Shown here piece by piece: positions 40,360-49,908 of a DNA stretch of 64,000 bases. The notes beneath the pieces are model-generated. The model ran no database searches, was not told the DNA's origin, and saw nothing but the letters and a program-made list of their open reading frames with translations. How positions within the stretch are numbered: position 1 is the first letter of the stretch; each line of letters starts with the position of its first letter. The DNA is from Mobula hypostoma (taxonomy: Eukaryota), in the NCBI RefSeq assembly GCF_963921235.1, contig NC_086097.1, forward strand, positions 240,934,001 through 240,998,000, written 5' to 3'. Position numbers and translations under genes: made by a program.

Positions 40360-42100
40360 ATGTCTAGAAAGTGGCCTGCAACTTCCAGTGAGGGTAGTGA
40401 GAGCGTTAGTAACAAGCAGCAAAGCATTCTGGGTGAATCTGAGGACACGGATGGAGGAGCAAGGAATCTCACCACAAAATTCCTCAGCACCATCACCACG
40501 ATCACACAAATCATGGACCAGTTCATCGATAATGAATCTGACTGAGAGCGAAGAGAGGTGCTCTTGACATGATTTCCTGCTACCGAGAACTGCTTCATCA
40601 CAATCAGATCTATTATCACTAGCAAGTGACGTGAAATTTGTTAACTTAGCAGCAGCAGAATGCAATACATAATATAGAAGAGAAAAAATAAATATTAATA
40701 ATAAATCAATTACAGTATACGTATATTGAATAGATTAAAAACATACAAAAATCAGAACTACTGTACATTAAAAAAAAAGTGAGGTAGTGTTCAATATCCA
40801 TTTAGGAATCAGATGGCAGAGGGGAAGAAACTGTTCCTTAAGCCCTGAGTGTGTGCCTTCAGGCTTCTGTATCTCCTACCTGATGGTAACGGTGAGAAAA
40901 GGGCACCCCCTGGGTGCTGGATGCTGTCTTTCTGACACACCGCTCCTTGAAGATGTCCTGAGTACTTTGTAGACAAGTACCCAAGATGGAGATGACTAGA
41001 TTTACAACCTTCTACATCTTCTTTCAGTCCTGTGCAGTAGCCCTTCCATATCAGACAGTGATTCAACCTATCAGAATGTTCTCCACAGTACATAAATCGA
41101 AGTTTTTGAGTGTATTCGTTGCCAAATCTCTTCAAACTCCTAATGAAGTATAGTCGCTGTCTTGCCTTCTTTATAACTACATCGAAATGTTGGGACCAGG
41201 TTAGATCCTCAGAGAACCTGACACCCAGGAAATTGAAGCTGCTCACTCTCTCTACTTCTGATCCCTCAATGAGGATTCATACGTGTTCCTTCATTTTGCC
41301 CTTCCTGGAGTCCACAATCAGCTCTTTCGTCTTACTTACGTTGAGTGCCAGGTTGTTGCTGTGGCACCATTCCACTAGTTGGCATATCTCACTCCTGTAC
41401 ATACTCTTGTCACCAACTGAGATTCTACCAACAATGGTTGTATCATCAGCAAATTTATAGATGGTATTTCAGCTATGCGTAGCCACACAGTCATGTGTAT
41501 ACAAAGAGTAGAGCAATGGGCTAAGCACACACTCCTGAGGTGCGCCAGTGTTGATCGTCAGCAAGGAGGATATGTTATCACCAATCTGCACAGATTGTGG
41601 TCTTGCGGTAGGGAAGTCAGGGATCCAGTTGCAGAGGGAAGTACAGAGGCCCAGGTTTTGCAACTTCTCAATCAGGATTGTGGGAATGATGGTATTAAAT
41701 GCTGAGCTACAGTCAATGAACAGCATCCTGACGTAGGTGTTCGTGTTGTTCAGGTGGTCGAAAGCCATGTGGAAAGCCATTGAGATTGCGACTGCCGTTG
41801 ACTTATTGTGGCAATAGGCAAATTGCAATGGGTCCAGGTCCTTGCTAAGGCAGGAGCGCAGTCTAGTTATGACCAACCTCTCAAAGCATTTCATCACTGT
41901 TGACGTGAGTGCTACCGGGCCATAGTCATTAAGGCAGCTCTTCTTAGGCACTAATAATTGTTGCCTTTTTGCTTCAAAATTTGCATGACAGGAAACTTAA
42001 GAAAAGACAGTCAAATCAGGACGCCTACTTGAAGAAGCCCAAGTTAGAGGAGGACCCATCGCCTGGTCCGTCCTCTGAGATGCAACCACCTCCCGCTTCC
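40360..42100 (+). pseudogene. Probable pogo/Tigger-like transposase remnant split by a Rex1 insertion
   Basis: Removing 40599-41986 rejoins 'tgc tac cga gaa ctg ctt cat' to 'gac agg aaa ctt aag aaa aga cag', giving [29 protein letters not shown], which resembles Tigger C-termini. TIRs not found. Confidence 0.45.
40599..41983 (-). mobile_element. 5'-truncated Rex1/Babar LINE
   Basis: Minus ORFs [68 protein letters not shown] and FLGV..SEDLTWSQH. Tail of tctga type. Confidence 0.9.
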
Positions 42101-42289
42101 CTCTGCTGCTGTATTGCTGCTGCACTGATGTACAGGTCTGGCCTAATTGCGTGTTTGTTACTCCACAACTTACTGTGTATACATAAACTAGTATCACATC
42201 TCAGGTTTGATATCTTTTTTAAAATCAGGCACACACGTCCATTTACGTAATGTTATAATGACCCGGCAGAGTGCTGATTTGCATAGCAC

Positions 42290-42532
42290 TCCACCTCCCA
42301 GGAACACATCCTCAGCATTAAGCAGGGTCTGAATGGACCTAAAACTATGAGGGATGTGGACTCAGTTGACAGTTTTAAACACCAGCTCAAAATCTATTTA
42401 TCTAATCTTGCTTTTAACTGACATCATTTTGCCTTTTATTTTTTATGTTTGCACTTTAGCCCATTGTAAAGCACTTTGAACTACATGGCATGCATGAAAA
42501 GCATTCTATAAATAAGTTATTATTATATTATT
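42290..42532 (+). mobile_element. L2 LINE 3' end
   Basis: 'tttaaacaccagctcaaaatctattta...tgtaaagcactttgaactac...gaaaagcattctataaataagttattatt' is a typical L2 3' terminus. Confidence 0.7.
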
Positions 42533-42861
42533 AGGTACATTAGAGGCATACAACAAACTCTTAGTTAGGCAATTGAGGCGTACATGATCAGAGGCATAGA
42601 TCAAGTGGACAGCCAGAAACTTTTCCCAAGGTGAAAATGGCTACTATATGTGGGCATAAATTTAAAGTGATTGGAGGAGAGCGTAGATTTTCTTTTCAGA
42701 TAGAGAGTATGTGAGTGAATGGACTGCAACGCCAGAGAGTCGTGGTAGAGGGAGATACATTAGGGGCATTTAAGTCATGAACATGGACTTGGTTGATGGA
42801 AAAATGAAGGGTTAAGAAGGAGAGAAGAGTTAGATTGATCGTAGAGTAGGTTAACCTCCGA

Positions 42862-43215
42862 GGACCACAATCTTGTTGCCGTTTGGAGGCTTGCATGCCT
42901 CAGTGACCCGGAGGGTTGTGCTGGCTGGAGTCAGGACTTTATGCTTTGGCTTTTGGTAGGGTCACCCATGCCAAACAGGTCAAAAGGTAGAGGCCAGACT
43001 GAGAGTGGTCCACCGGTCCTCTAGGTCCAGGGGTTCAGCTCAGGGCCAACAGAATTGTTACAGAAACAGCAATGAAGAATCCTTCTACAACTGACTGCGA
43101 CAGCATTCCCGTGTCTCCGCCCAGGACTTGCATGACTGACAGTGGTAAAAACCGAGGGGAAGCTATTGAACAGTGCCCTCATTGCTACCCTACATGCCAG
43201 CGGCGTAACAGGCAG
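42862..43215 (+). mobile_element. RTE-5'UTR-like short retroposon (copy 2)
   Basis: Homologous to 6985-7290. Inserted in a CR1 tail with repeated flank 'tagagtaggtta'. Confidence 0.6.
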
Positions 43216-43605
43216 ATGTTAGAGTAGGTTACAAGGTCAGCACATCTTTGCCTGTATACTGGGCTATAATGAGCTACATTCGACATTCACTGTTACCACA
43301 TGGGCGATAATAGACCTGGCAGGTCACTGCAACGTTCACACGTTAAAGGAATCAGAGTTGCAAATGTGGCTTTGATGATCAATTAAATACAATTTTGGAA
43401 AAAAAAGTCAAAGATAATCAAAACTGATGCTTTGGATTCTATGAAAACAAAAGACCCTCAGATAAATATTTGTAATGCATTCAGGTACGTGGAATAGTTT
43501 TAATTTTCAGTAGATGAGTAGATATCCAAAATGATAATGTCTGTTTGTTCAAAAGCTTCTCACTGTCACTCCATTGTAACTTTAGATTAATATCAGGAAA
43601 CCATC

Positions 43606-45755
43606 GATATGCAATGGATATGCAATGGCAGGCATTTAAAGGTTGCATGGATGAACTACAACAATTGTTCATCCCAGTTTGGCAAAAGAATAAATCAAGG
43701 AAGGTAGTGCACCCGTGGCTGACAAGAGAAATTAGGGATAGTATCAATTCCAAAGAAGTAGCATACAAATTAGCCAGAGAAAGTGGCTCACCTGAGGACT
43801 GGGAGAAATTCAGAGTTCAGCAGAGGAGGACAAAGGGCTTAATTAGGAAGGGGAAAAAAGATTATGAGAGAAAACTGGCAGAGAACATAAAAACGGACTG
43901 TAAAAGCTTTTATAGATATGTAAAAAGGAAAAGACTGATAAAGACAAATGTAGGTCCCCTGCAAACAGAAACAGGTGAATTGATTATGGGGAGCAAGGAC
44001 ATGGCAGACCAATTGAATAATTACTTTGGTTCTGTCTTCACTAAGGAGGACATAAATAATCTTCCAGAAATAGTAAGGGACAGAGGGTCCAGTGAGATGG
44101 AGGAACTGAGCGAAATACATGTTAGTAGGGAAGTGGTGTTAGGTAAATTGAAGGGATTGAAGGCAGATAAATCCCCAGGGCCAGATGGTCTGCATCCCAG
44201 AGTGCTTAAGGAAGTGGCCCAAGAAATAGTGGATGCATTAGTGATAATTTTTCAAAACTCGTTAGATTCTGGACTAGTTCCTGAGGATTGGAGGGTGGCT
44301 AATGTAACCCCACTTTTTAAAAAAGGAGGGAGAGAGAAACCGGGGAATTATAGGCCGGTTAGCCTAACGTCGGTGGTGGGGAAACTGCTGGAGTCAGTTA
44401 TCAAGGATGTGATAACAGCACATTTGGAAAGCGGTGAAATGATCGGACAAAGTCAGCATGGATTTGTGAAAGGAAAATCATGTCTGACGAATCTCATAGA
44501 ATTTTTTGAGGATGTAACTAGTAGAGTGGATAGGGGAGAACCAGTGGATGTGGTATATTTGGATTTTCAAAAGGCTTTTGACAAGGTCCCACATAGGAGA
44601 TTAGTGTGCAAACTTAAAGCACACGGTATTGGGGGTAAGGTATTGGTGTGGGTGGAGAATTGGTTAGCAGACAGGAAGCAAAGAGTGGGAATAAACGGGA
44701 CCTTTTCAGAATGGCAGGCGGTGACTAGTGGGGTACCGCAAGGCTCAGTGCTGGGACCCCAGTTGTTTACAATATATATTAATGACTTGGATGAGGGAAT
44801 TAAATGCAGCATCTCCAAGTTTGCGGATGACACGAAGCTGGGTGGCAGTGTTAGCAGTGAGGAGGATGCTAAGAGGATGCAGGGTGACTTGGATAGGTTG
44901 GGTGAGTGGGCAAACTCATGGCAGATGCAATTTAATGTGGATAAATGTGAAGTTATCCACTTTGGTGGCAAAAATAGGAAAACAGATTATTATCTGAATG
45001 GTGGCCGATTAGGAAAAGGGGAGGTGCAACGAGACCTGGGTGTCATTATACACCAGTCATTGAAAGTGGGCATGCAGGTACAGCAGGCGGTGAAAAAGGC
45101 GAACGGTATGCTGGCATTTATAGCGAGAGGATTCGAGTACAGGAGCAGGGAGGTACTACTGCAGTTGTACAAGGCCTTGGTGAGACCACACCTGGAGTAT
45201 TGTGTGCAGTTTTGGTCCCCTAATCTGAGGAAAGACATCTTTGCCATAGAGGGAGTACAAAGAAGGTTCACCAGATTGATTCCTGGGATGGCAGGTCTTT
45301 CATATGAAGAAAGACTGGATGAACTGGGCTTGTACTCGTTGGAATTTAGAAGATTGAGGGGGGATCTGATTGAAACGTATAAGATCCTAAAGGGATTGGA
45401 CAGGCTAGATGCAGGAAGATTGTTCCCGATGTTGGGGAGGTCTAGAACGAGGGGTCACAGTTTGAGGATAGAGGGGAAGCCTTTTAGGACCGAGGTTAGG
45501 AAAAACTTCTTCACACAGAGAGTGGTGAATCTGTGGAATTCTCTGCCACAGCAAACTGTTGAGGCCAGTTCATTAGCTATGTTTAAAAGGAAGTTAGATA
45601 TGGCCCTTGTGGCTACAGGGGTCAGGGGGTATGGAGGGAAGGCTGGGTTCTGAGTTGGATGATCAGCCATGATCATAATAAATGGCGGTGCAGGCTCGAA
45701 GGGCCGAATGGCCTACTCCTGCACCTATTTTCTATGTTTCTATGTTTCTATGTTT
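43606..45755 (+). mobile_element. Young 5'-truncated CR1 LINE
   Basis: Intact RT frame, 3' UTR and (TTTCTATG)n tail. Candidate TSD accatc (43600-43605) / accgtc (45756-45761). Confidence 0.95.
43614..45653 (+). CDS. CR1 ORF2 reverse transcriptase (EN domain missing); open frame of 679 aa from the first ATG
   Basis: KSPGPDGLHPRVLKE, NYRPVSLTS, QHGF, YLDFQKAFDKV, GVPQGSVLGP, FADD, RPHLEYCVQFWSP, TRGH, NFFTQRVVNLWNSLP. No stops. Expression is unproven. Confidence 0.85.
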   Translation: MDMQWQAFKGCMDELQQLFIPVWQKNKSRKVVHPWLTREIRDSINSKEVAYKLARESGSPEDWEKFRVQQRRTKGLIRKGKKDYERKLAENIKTDCKSFYRYVKRKRLIKTNVGPLQTETGELIMGSKDMADQLNNYFGSVFTKEDINNLPEIVRDRGSSEMEELSEIHVSREVVLGKLKGLKADKSPGPDGLHPRVLKEVAQEIVDALVIIFQNSLDSGLVPEDWRVANVTPLFKKGGREKPGNYRPVSLTSVVGKLLESVIKDVITAHLESGEMIGQSQHGFVKGKSCLTNLIEFFEDVTSRVDRGEPVDVVYLDFQKAFDKVPHRRLVCKLKAHGIGGKVLVWVENWLADRKQRVGINGTFSEWQAVTSGVPQGSVLGPQLFTIYINDLDEGIKCSISKFADDTKLGGSVSSEEDAKRMQGDLDRLGEWANSWQMQFNVDKCEVIHFGGKNRKTDYYLNGGRLGKGEVQRDLGVIIHQSLKVGMQVQQAVKKANGMLAFIARGFEYRSREVLLQLYKALVRPHLEYCVQFWSPNLRKDIFAIEGVQRRFTRLIPGMAGLSYEERLDELGLYSLEFRRLRGDLIETYKILKGLDRLDAGRLFPMLGRSRTRGHSLRIEGKPFRTEVRKNFFTQRVVNLWNSLPQQTVEASSLAMFKRKLDMALVATGVRGYGGKAGF

Positions 45756-46105
45756 ACCGTCTTTTTTTTTTGTCATTCACTTAACAGGATGTAGGCGTTG
45801 CTGGCAAAGCAAACTCTCATTGCCCATCCCTGCCTGGCCTTGAGAAAGCTGTGGTGTGCCAGCTTCTTAAACTGTGCTGTGGAAGTAGCAAGGAGTTTCA
45901 AGATTTGAACATAGCAACGGGTTTCACGAAAAACATTCAGCTGCCACTGCAGCAGAGTAGAAGTCAAAGAAAATATCACCATCACAACACTCTGCAACTC
46001 GTGTTCTCAGTATTTAGTTGTCTGTATTTACAGTTTGTCTTATTTTGCACATTGTGGTTGTTTATCAGTCTTAATGTGTGGCTTTTCATTGATTCTATAA
46101 TGTTT

Positions 46106-46332
46106 GGGCACGTGGCCAAGTGGTTAAGGCATTCGTCTAGTGATCTGAAGGTCGCTAGTTCGAGCTTCAGCTGTGGCAGCATGTTTGTGTCCTTGAGCAA
46201 GGCACTTAACTATATATTGCTCTCGTCTGTGCGAGGAGTGGCGCCCCACACAGACTTCCAATCTGCGCCTTGTAAGGCATGAAAATGCCCGACGCAGGCC
46301 TCTCATGGTCTGAGTCGACGTTCCCTCCCCTC
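46106..46332 (+). mobile_element. tRNA-derived SINE with CORE-like segment
   Basis: A box TGGCCAAGTGG, B box GTTCGAGC, 'gtgtccttgagcaaggcacttaac'. TSD ctataatgttt (46095-46105) / ctgtaatgttt (46333-46343). Confidence 0.8.
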
Positions 46333-46914
46333 CTGTAATGTTTCCTTATTCTACTGTAAATGCCCACAAGAAAATGAATCTCAGGGCAGTATATGGAGAC
46401 ATATATGTACTTTGATATTACATTTACTTTGACATTGTAAAAGTGTTTATACTCTTATAAACTTCATGCCTCTTTTGCACTACTTATTGTGCAGTTTTAT
46501 TTACAACAACCCTTGATTTAACCCTAACCTACTCACACGTAGTTTACAATGAACAATTAGCCTACCTTACACATCTTTGGACAGAGGGGGAACTGGAGCA
46601 CCTGGAGAAAACACACCCATTCCACAGGGAGCACATACATACAGAGACCCCTCACAAAGGATGCTGGGATTGAACTCTGAACTCCCGACTGCCTGCACTG
46701 AAATAGCACCCACTAACCACTGTGCTATTTTTGTCTTGCATTGTACTGCTGCCGTAAAACAACAAACTTTGTGACATATGCAGTACCAGTGATAGTAAAC
46801 CCACTTCTGATTCTATTTCTAGTACATATAAACGCTTGTAGGGTCAGAGCAGACCTAATTTTAAAATCTGCCCTCTTTGAAAAAGGTTATTGCACTAGTA
46901 ACAAATACAACCAT

Positions 46915-47292
46915 CATGAGGGGAGATTTCATAAAGGTATACAAAATTATGAAAGGTAGAGATAGGGTAAATGCAAGCAGACTTTTCCCACTGATGTTGG
47001 GTGGGACTACAACTAATGTTCATGGGTTAAGGGTGAAAGGTGAAAATTTTAGGGGCATATGAGTGGAAACTTCTTCACTCAGAGGGTCGTGAGAGGGTGG
47101 AATAACCTGCCAAGACAAGTGGTACATGCAAGCTGGATTTCAACTTTTAAGAGAAGTTTGGATAGGTACATGGATAGTTGGAATATGGGAGCTATGGGCT
47201 TGGTGCAGGTCGATGGGAGTAGGCAGTTTTAAAGGTTCAGCACACTAGGAGGAACAGAGGGCCTGTTTCTGTGCCATACCTTTCTATGACTA
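46915..47292 (+). mobile_element. CR1 3' fragment
   Basis: MRGDFIKVYKIMKGRDRVNASRLFPL.. followed by the 3' UTR. Confidence 0.85.
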
Positions 47293-48158
47293 TGACAATC
47301 ACTGATATCATAGAAATTTAAATTAGAAGTGCTGGAAAGACATAAATATATGAAGACTTCAACATTAATAATAAAGGATAAAGGTCTTGTATGTTTTAGG
47401 GGTGGATTAACCATTTATAATTACTTGAAAAGCTCACACCAAGGCCTGGCTCAACGGCATTTATTTCTCATTATATAAAAAGTGGAGCCATAATTTCCTC
47501 TCAGACATCGCTGCTTCAGATATTTTGATAGAGATTAGTTTTAGTCTTTTGTAAAAGTGAAATGCACTACCACTTTGCTGGCCACATTCTAGAGGGGAGG
47601 CCTGGACTAGCAATTAAATTGTAGGATCACTCATTTCTACAGCAGTTTTGATTCGATTTAATGGCAATGCAACCAGTCAAACGTGGCAGGGGCCTGTTTA
47701 CTGCCACAATGAGGCTACACACACAGGTTGAAGGAGCAGCTCTTTATATAATTGCAGATCAAAGCCCGAAGGTCAATCAGAAATCCAAATGGTCTAAACT
47801 CTGGGTCTGCAAGTCCACTGGTGAAGACCAAGGCCCAATGTCTGCTGGAGGCCCAGAGGTGGATGCTCCTGGGGTTAGAGGACTGTCTGTGTGCACGTGC
47901 GGGTGTATAGGAAGGAGGAGAGCGGCTTGTTTTGCTGCTGTTTTGTTGCTGAGCTGCAAAGCATTGTGGGCATGCTCTGTTGGTGCCAGAATGTCATAAA
48001 GTCATAGAACACTATAGTATAGAAACAAGTCCTTCAGCACATCTGGTCTCTGCTGATCTATTATTCTGCTTGTCCCATCAACCTGCACCTCCCTCCATTT
48101 CCCTCCCATTCTTGCATTTATCCAAACTTCTCTTAAATGTTGAAACTGAACCCACATC

Positions 48159-48699
48159 TAGGGTTGCCAACTTTCTCACTCCCAAATAAGGGACAAAAGT
48201 AGCAGTCAAATATGGGATACTTGTGTTTACCCTGAGAAAGACTACAATGACCACGAAGCCTTGCGCGGGCACCTGTGTGCACATGCGTGACGTGCGCATA
48301 CATAACATGCGCATGCGTGTACGTGCCGACTTTTTTTCCACAAATCAGTTTTGACGGTTCTGTTCAGTGAAACTGCACTGTACATACATTATTTCTACTT
48401 TATATAGGCTGTGTATTTATCATATCATTCCTGCTTTTACTATATGTTAGTGTTATTTTAGGTTTTATGTGTTATTTGGTATGATTTGCTAGGTTATTTT
48501 TTGGGTCTGGGAACATTCAAAAATTTTTCCCATATAAATTAATGGTAATTGCTTCTTTGCTTTATGCCATTTCGGCGCAAAAGGTTTCATAGGAACCTTA
48601 GCAAGGGAAATACGGGACAAGGGCAGTCCCGTATGGGACAAAACAATTTAGCCCAAAATACGGGACGTCCTGGCTGATACGGGACAGTTGGCAACCCTA
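48159..48699. mobile_element. 541-bp hAT non-autonomous element
   Basis: Perfect TIR TAGGGTTGCCAACT / AGTTGGCAACCCTA. 8-bp TSD cccacatc / accacatc. Repeated subterminal (AC)GGGAC motifs. Inserted in an antisense CR1 tail. Confidence 0.9.
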
Positions 48700-48814
48700 A
48701 CCACATCCATTACTTCCATCACCCTCTGAAAGAAGTAGTTTCTCCTTAAGCATTTCACCTTTCACTCTTAACCTATGACTTCTAGTTCCAGTGGAAAATG
48801 CCTGTTTACACTTT

Positions 48815-49405
48815 CTCTACCTCAGTCCACCAAAACAGACAGGATCTCCCAGTAGCACCCACTTCAACTTGGCTTCCCACTCCCATTCAGATATGTCCAT
48901 ACATGGCCTCCTCTACTGCCATGATGAGGCTAAACTCAGGTTGGAGGAGCAACACCTCATATACCGTCTAGGTAGTCTCCAGCCCCTTCGTATGAACATA
49001 GAATTCTCCAACTTCCCGTAATTCCCTCCCCTATCCCTATGTCACTCTGCCCCCTCCCCCAGCTGCCTATCACTTCCCTCATGGTTCCACCTCCTTCTAC
49101 TACCCATTGTGTTTTACCCTATTCTTTCTTCACCTTTCCTGCCTATCACCTCCCTGCCTCCCTTCCCCTACACCTTTATCTTTCCCCTTACTGGTTTTTC
49201 ACCTGGAACCTACCAGCCTTCTCCTTCCCACCCTCCCCCCACCTTCTTTATAGGGCCTCTGCCCCTTCCCCTACAGTCCTGACGAAGGGTTCCAGCCCGA
49301 AACGTCCATTGATCTTTTCCACTGATGCTGCCGGACCTGCTGAGTTCCTCCAGCGTGTTGTGAGTGTTGCTTTGACCCCAGCATCTGCAGAGTATTTCAT
49401 GTTTA
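48815..49405 (+). mobile_element. Penelope-like element 3' part (GIY-YIG C-terminus and terminal region)
   Basis: HFNLASHSHSDMSIHGLLYCHDEAKLRLEEQHLIYRLGSLQP..MNIEFSNF*, then a pyrimidine tract and a hammerhead motif. Confidence 0.85.
49274..49311 (+). ncRNA. Minimal hammerhead motif, core intact, helix I weakened
   Basis: CAGUC-CUGACGA-A-GGGUU-CC-AGCCC-GAAA-C-GUC-CAUUG. Confidence 0.6.
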
Positions 49406-49603
49406 CTTGCTCTACCTGTACCCTTTAATTTTGCACACCTCTCTCAAATCTCCCCTCCATCTCCTACTCTCCAGGGAATAAAGTCCATTCAACTCCAATC
49501 CAAAGTATTCAACCTTTTCCTATAACTCAGGTCCTCAAGATCCAGCAACATCCTTGTAAATGCGGGTGACACTTGTGGGCTGCCCCCAGCACCACCTTAG
49601 GAT

Positions 49604-49908
49604 ATTTTTTTTTTAAAGTCTGTCACGAGCCTTGTGGCCCATCAGGCCAGTGCTTATGCCGGTTTTTGTGGTGTGAAGCGACAGAGTACGAGACCCCCAC
49701 CCCCCCCCCCACCGCCCCAGATAGGACGCCAGTCTATCGCGAGGTTAACCCCCAGTATTTTTGACTGGTACCCATTCTCAGCTGAATAGACTGGAGCACT
49801 ATGTGGTTAAGTGCCTCGCTCAAGGACACACACTCTGCCTCGGCTGAGGCTCGAACCCACGACCTTCAGATCGCTAGTCCAACACTCTAACCACTTGGCC
49901 ACGCGCCA
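49604..49908 (-). mobile_element. tRNA-derived SINE sharing its head with 46106-46332
   Basis: Minus strand gcgtggccaagtggttagagtg..gatctgaaggtcgtgggttcgagcctcagcc..gtgtccttgagcgaggcacttaac, with an A-tail. Repeated flank ccaccttaggat (49592-49603 / 49906-49917). Confidence 0.8.

Noticed and set aside
43545..43613. N-terminal extension of the 702-aa ORF
   Set aside because: It starts at a TTG in flanking DNA upstream of the CR1 junction; a chance open frame.
46106..46180. tRNA-like sequences (also 38282-38350 and 49835-49908)
   Set aside because: They have A/B boxes but continue into SINE bodies and lack a convincing cloverleaf, so they are SINE heads rather than tRNA genes.
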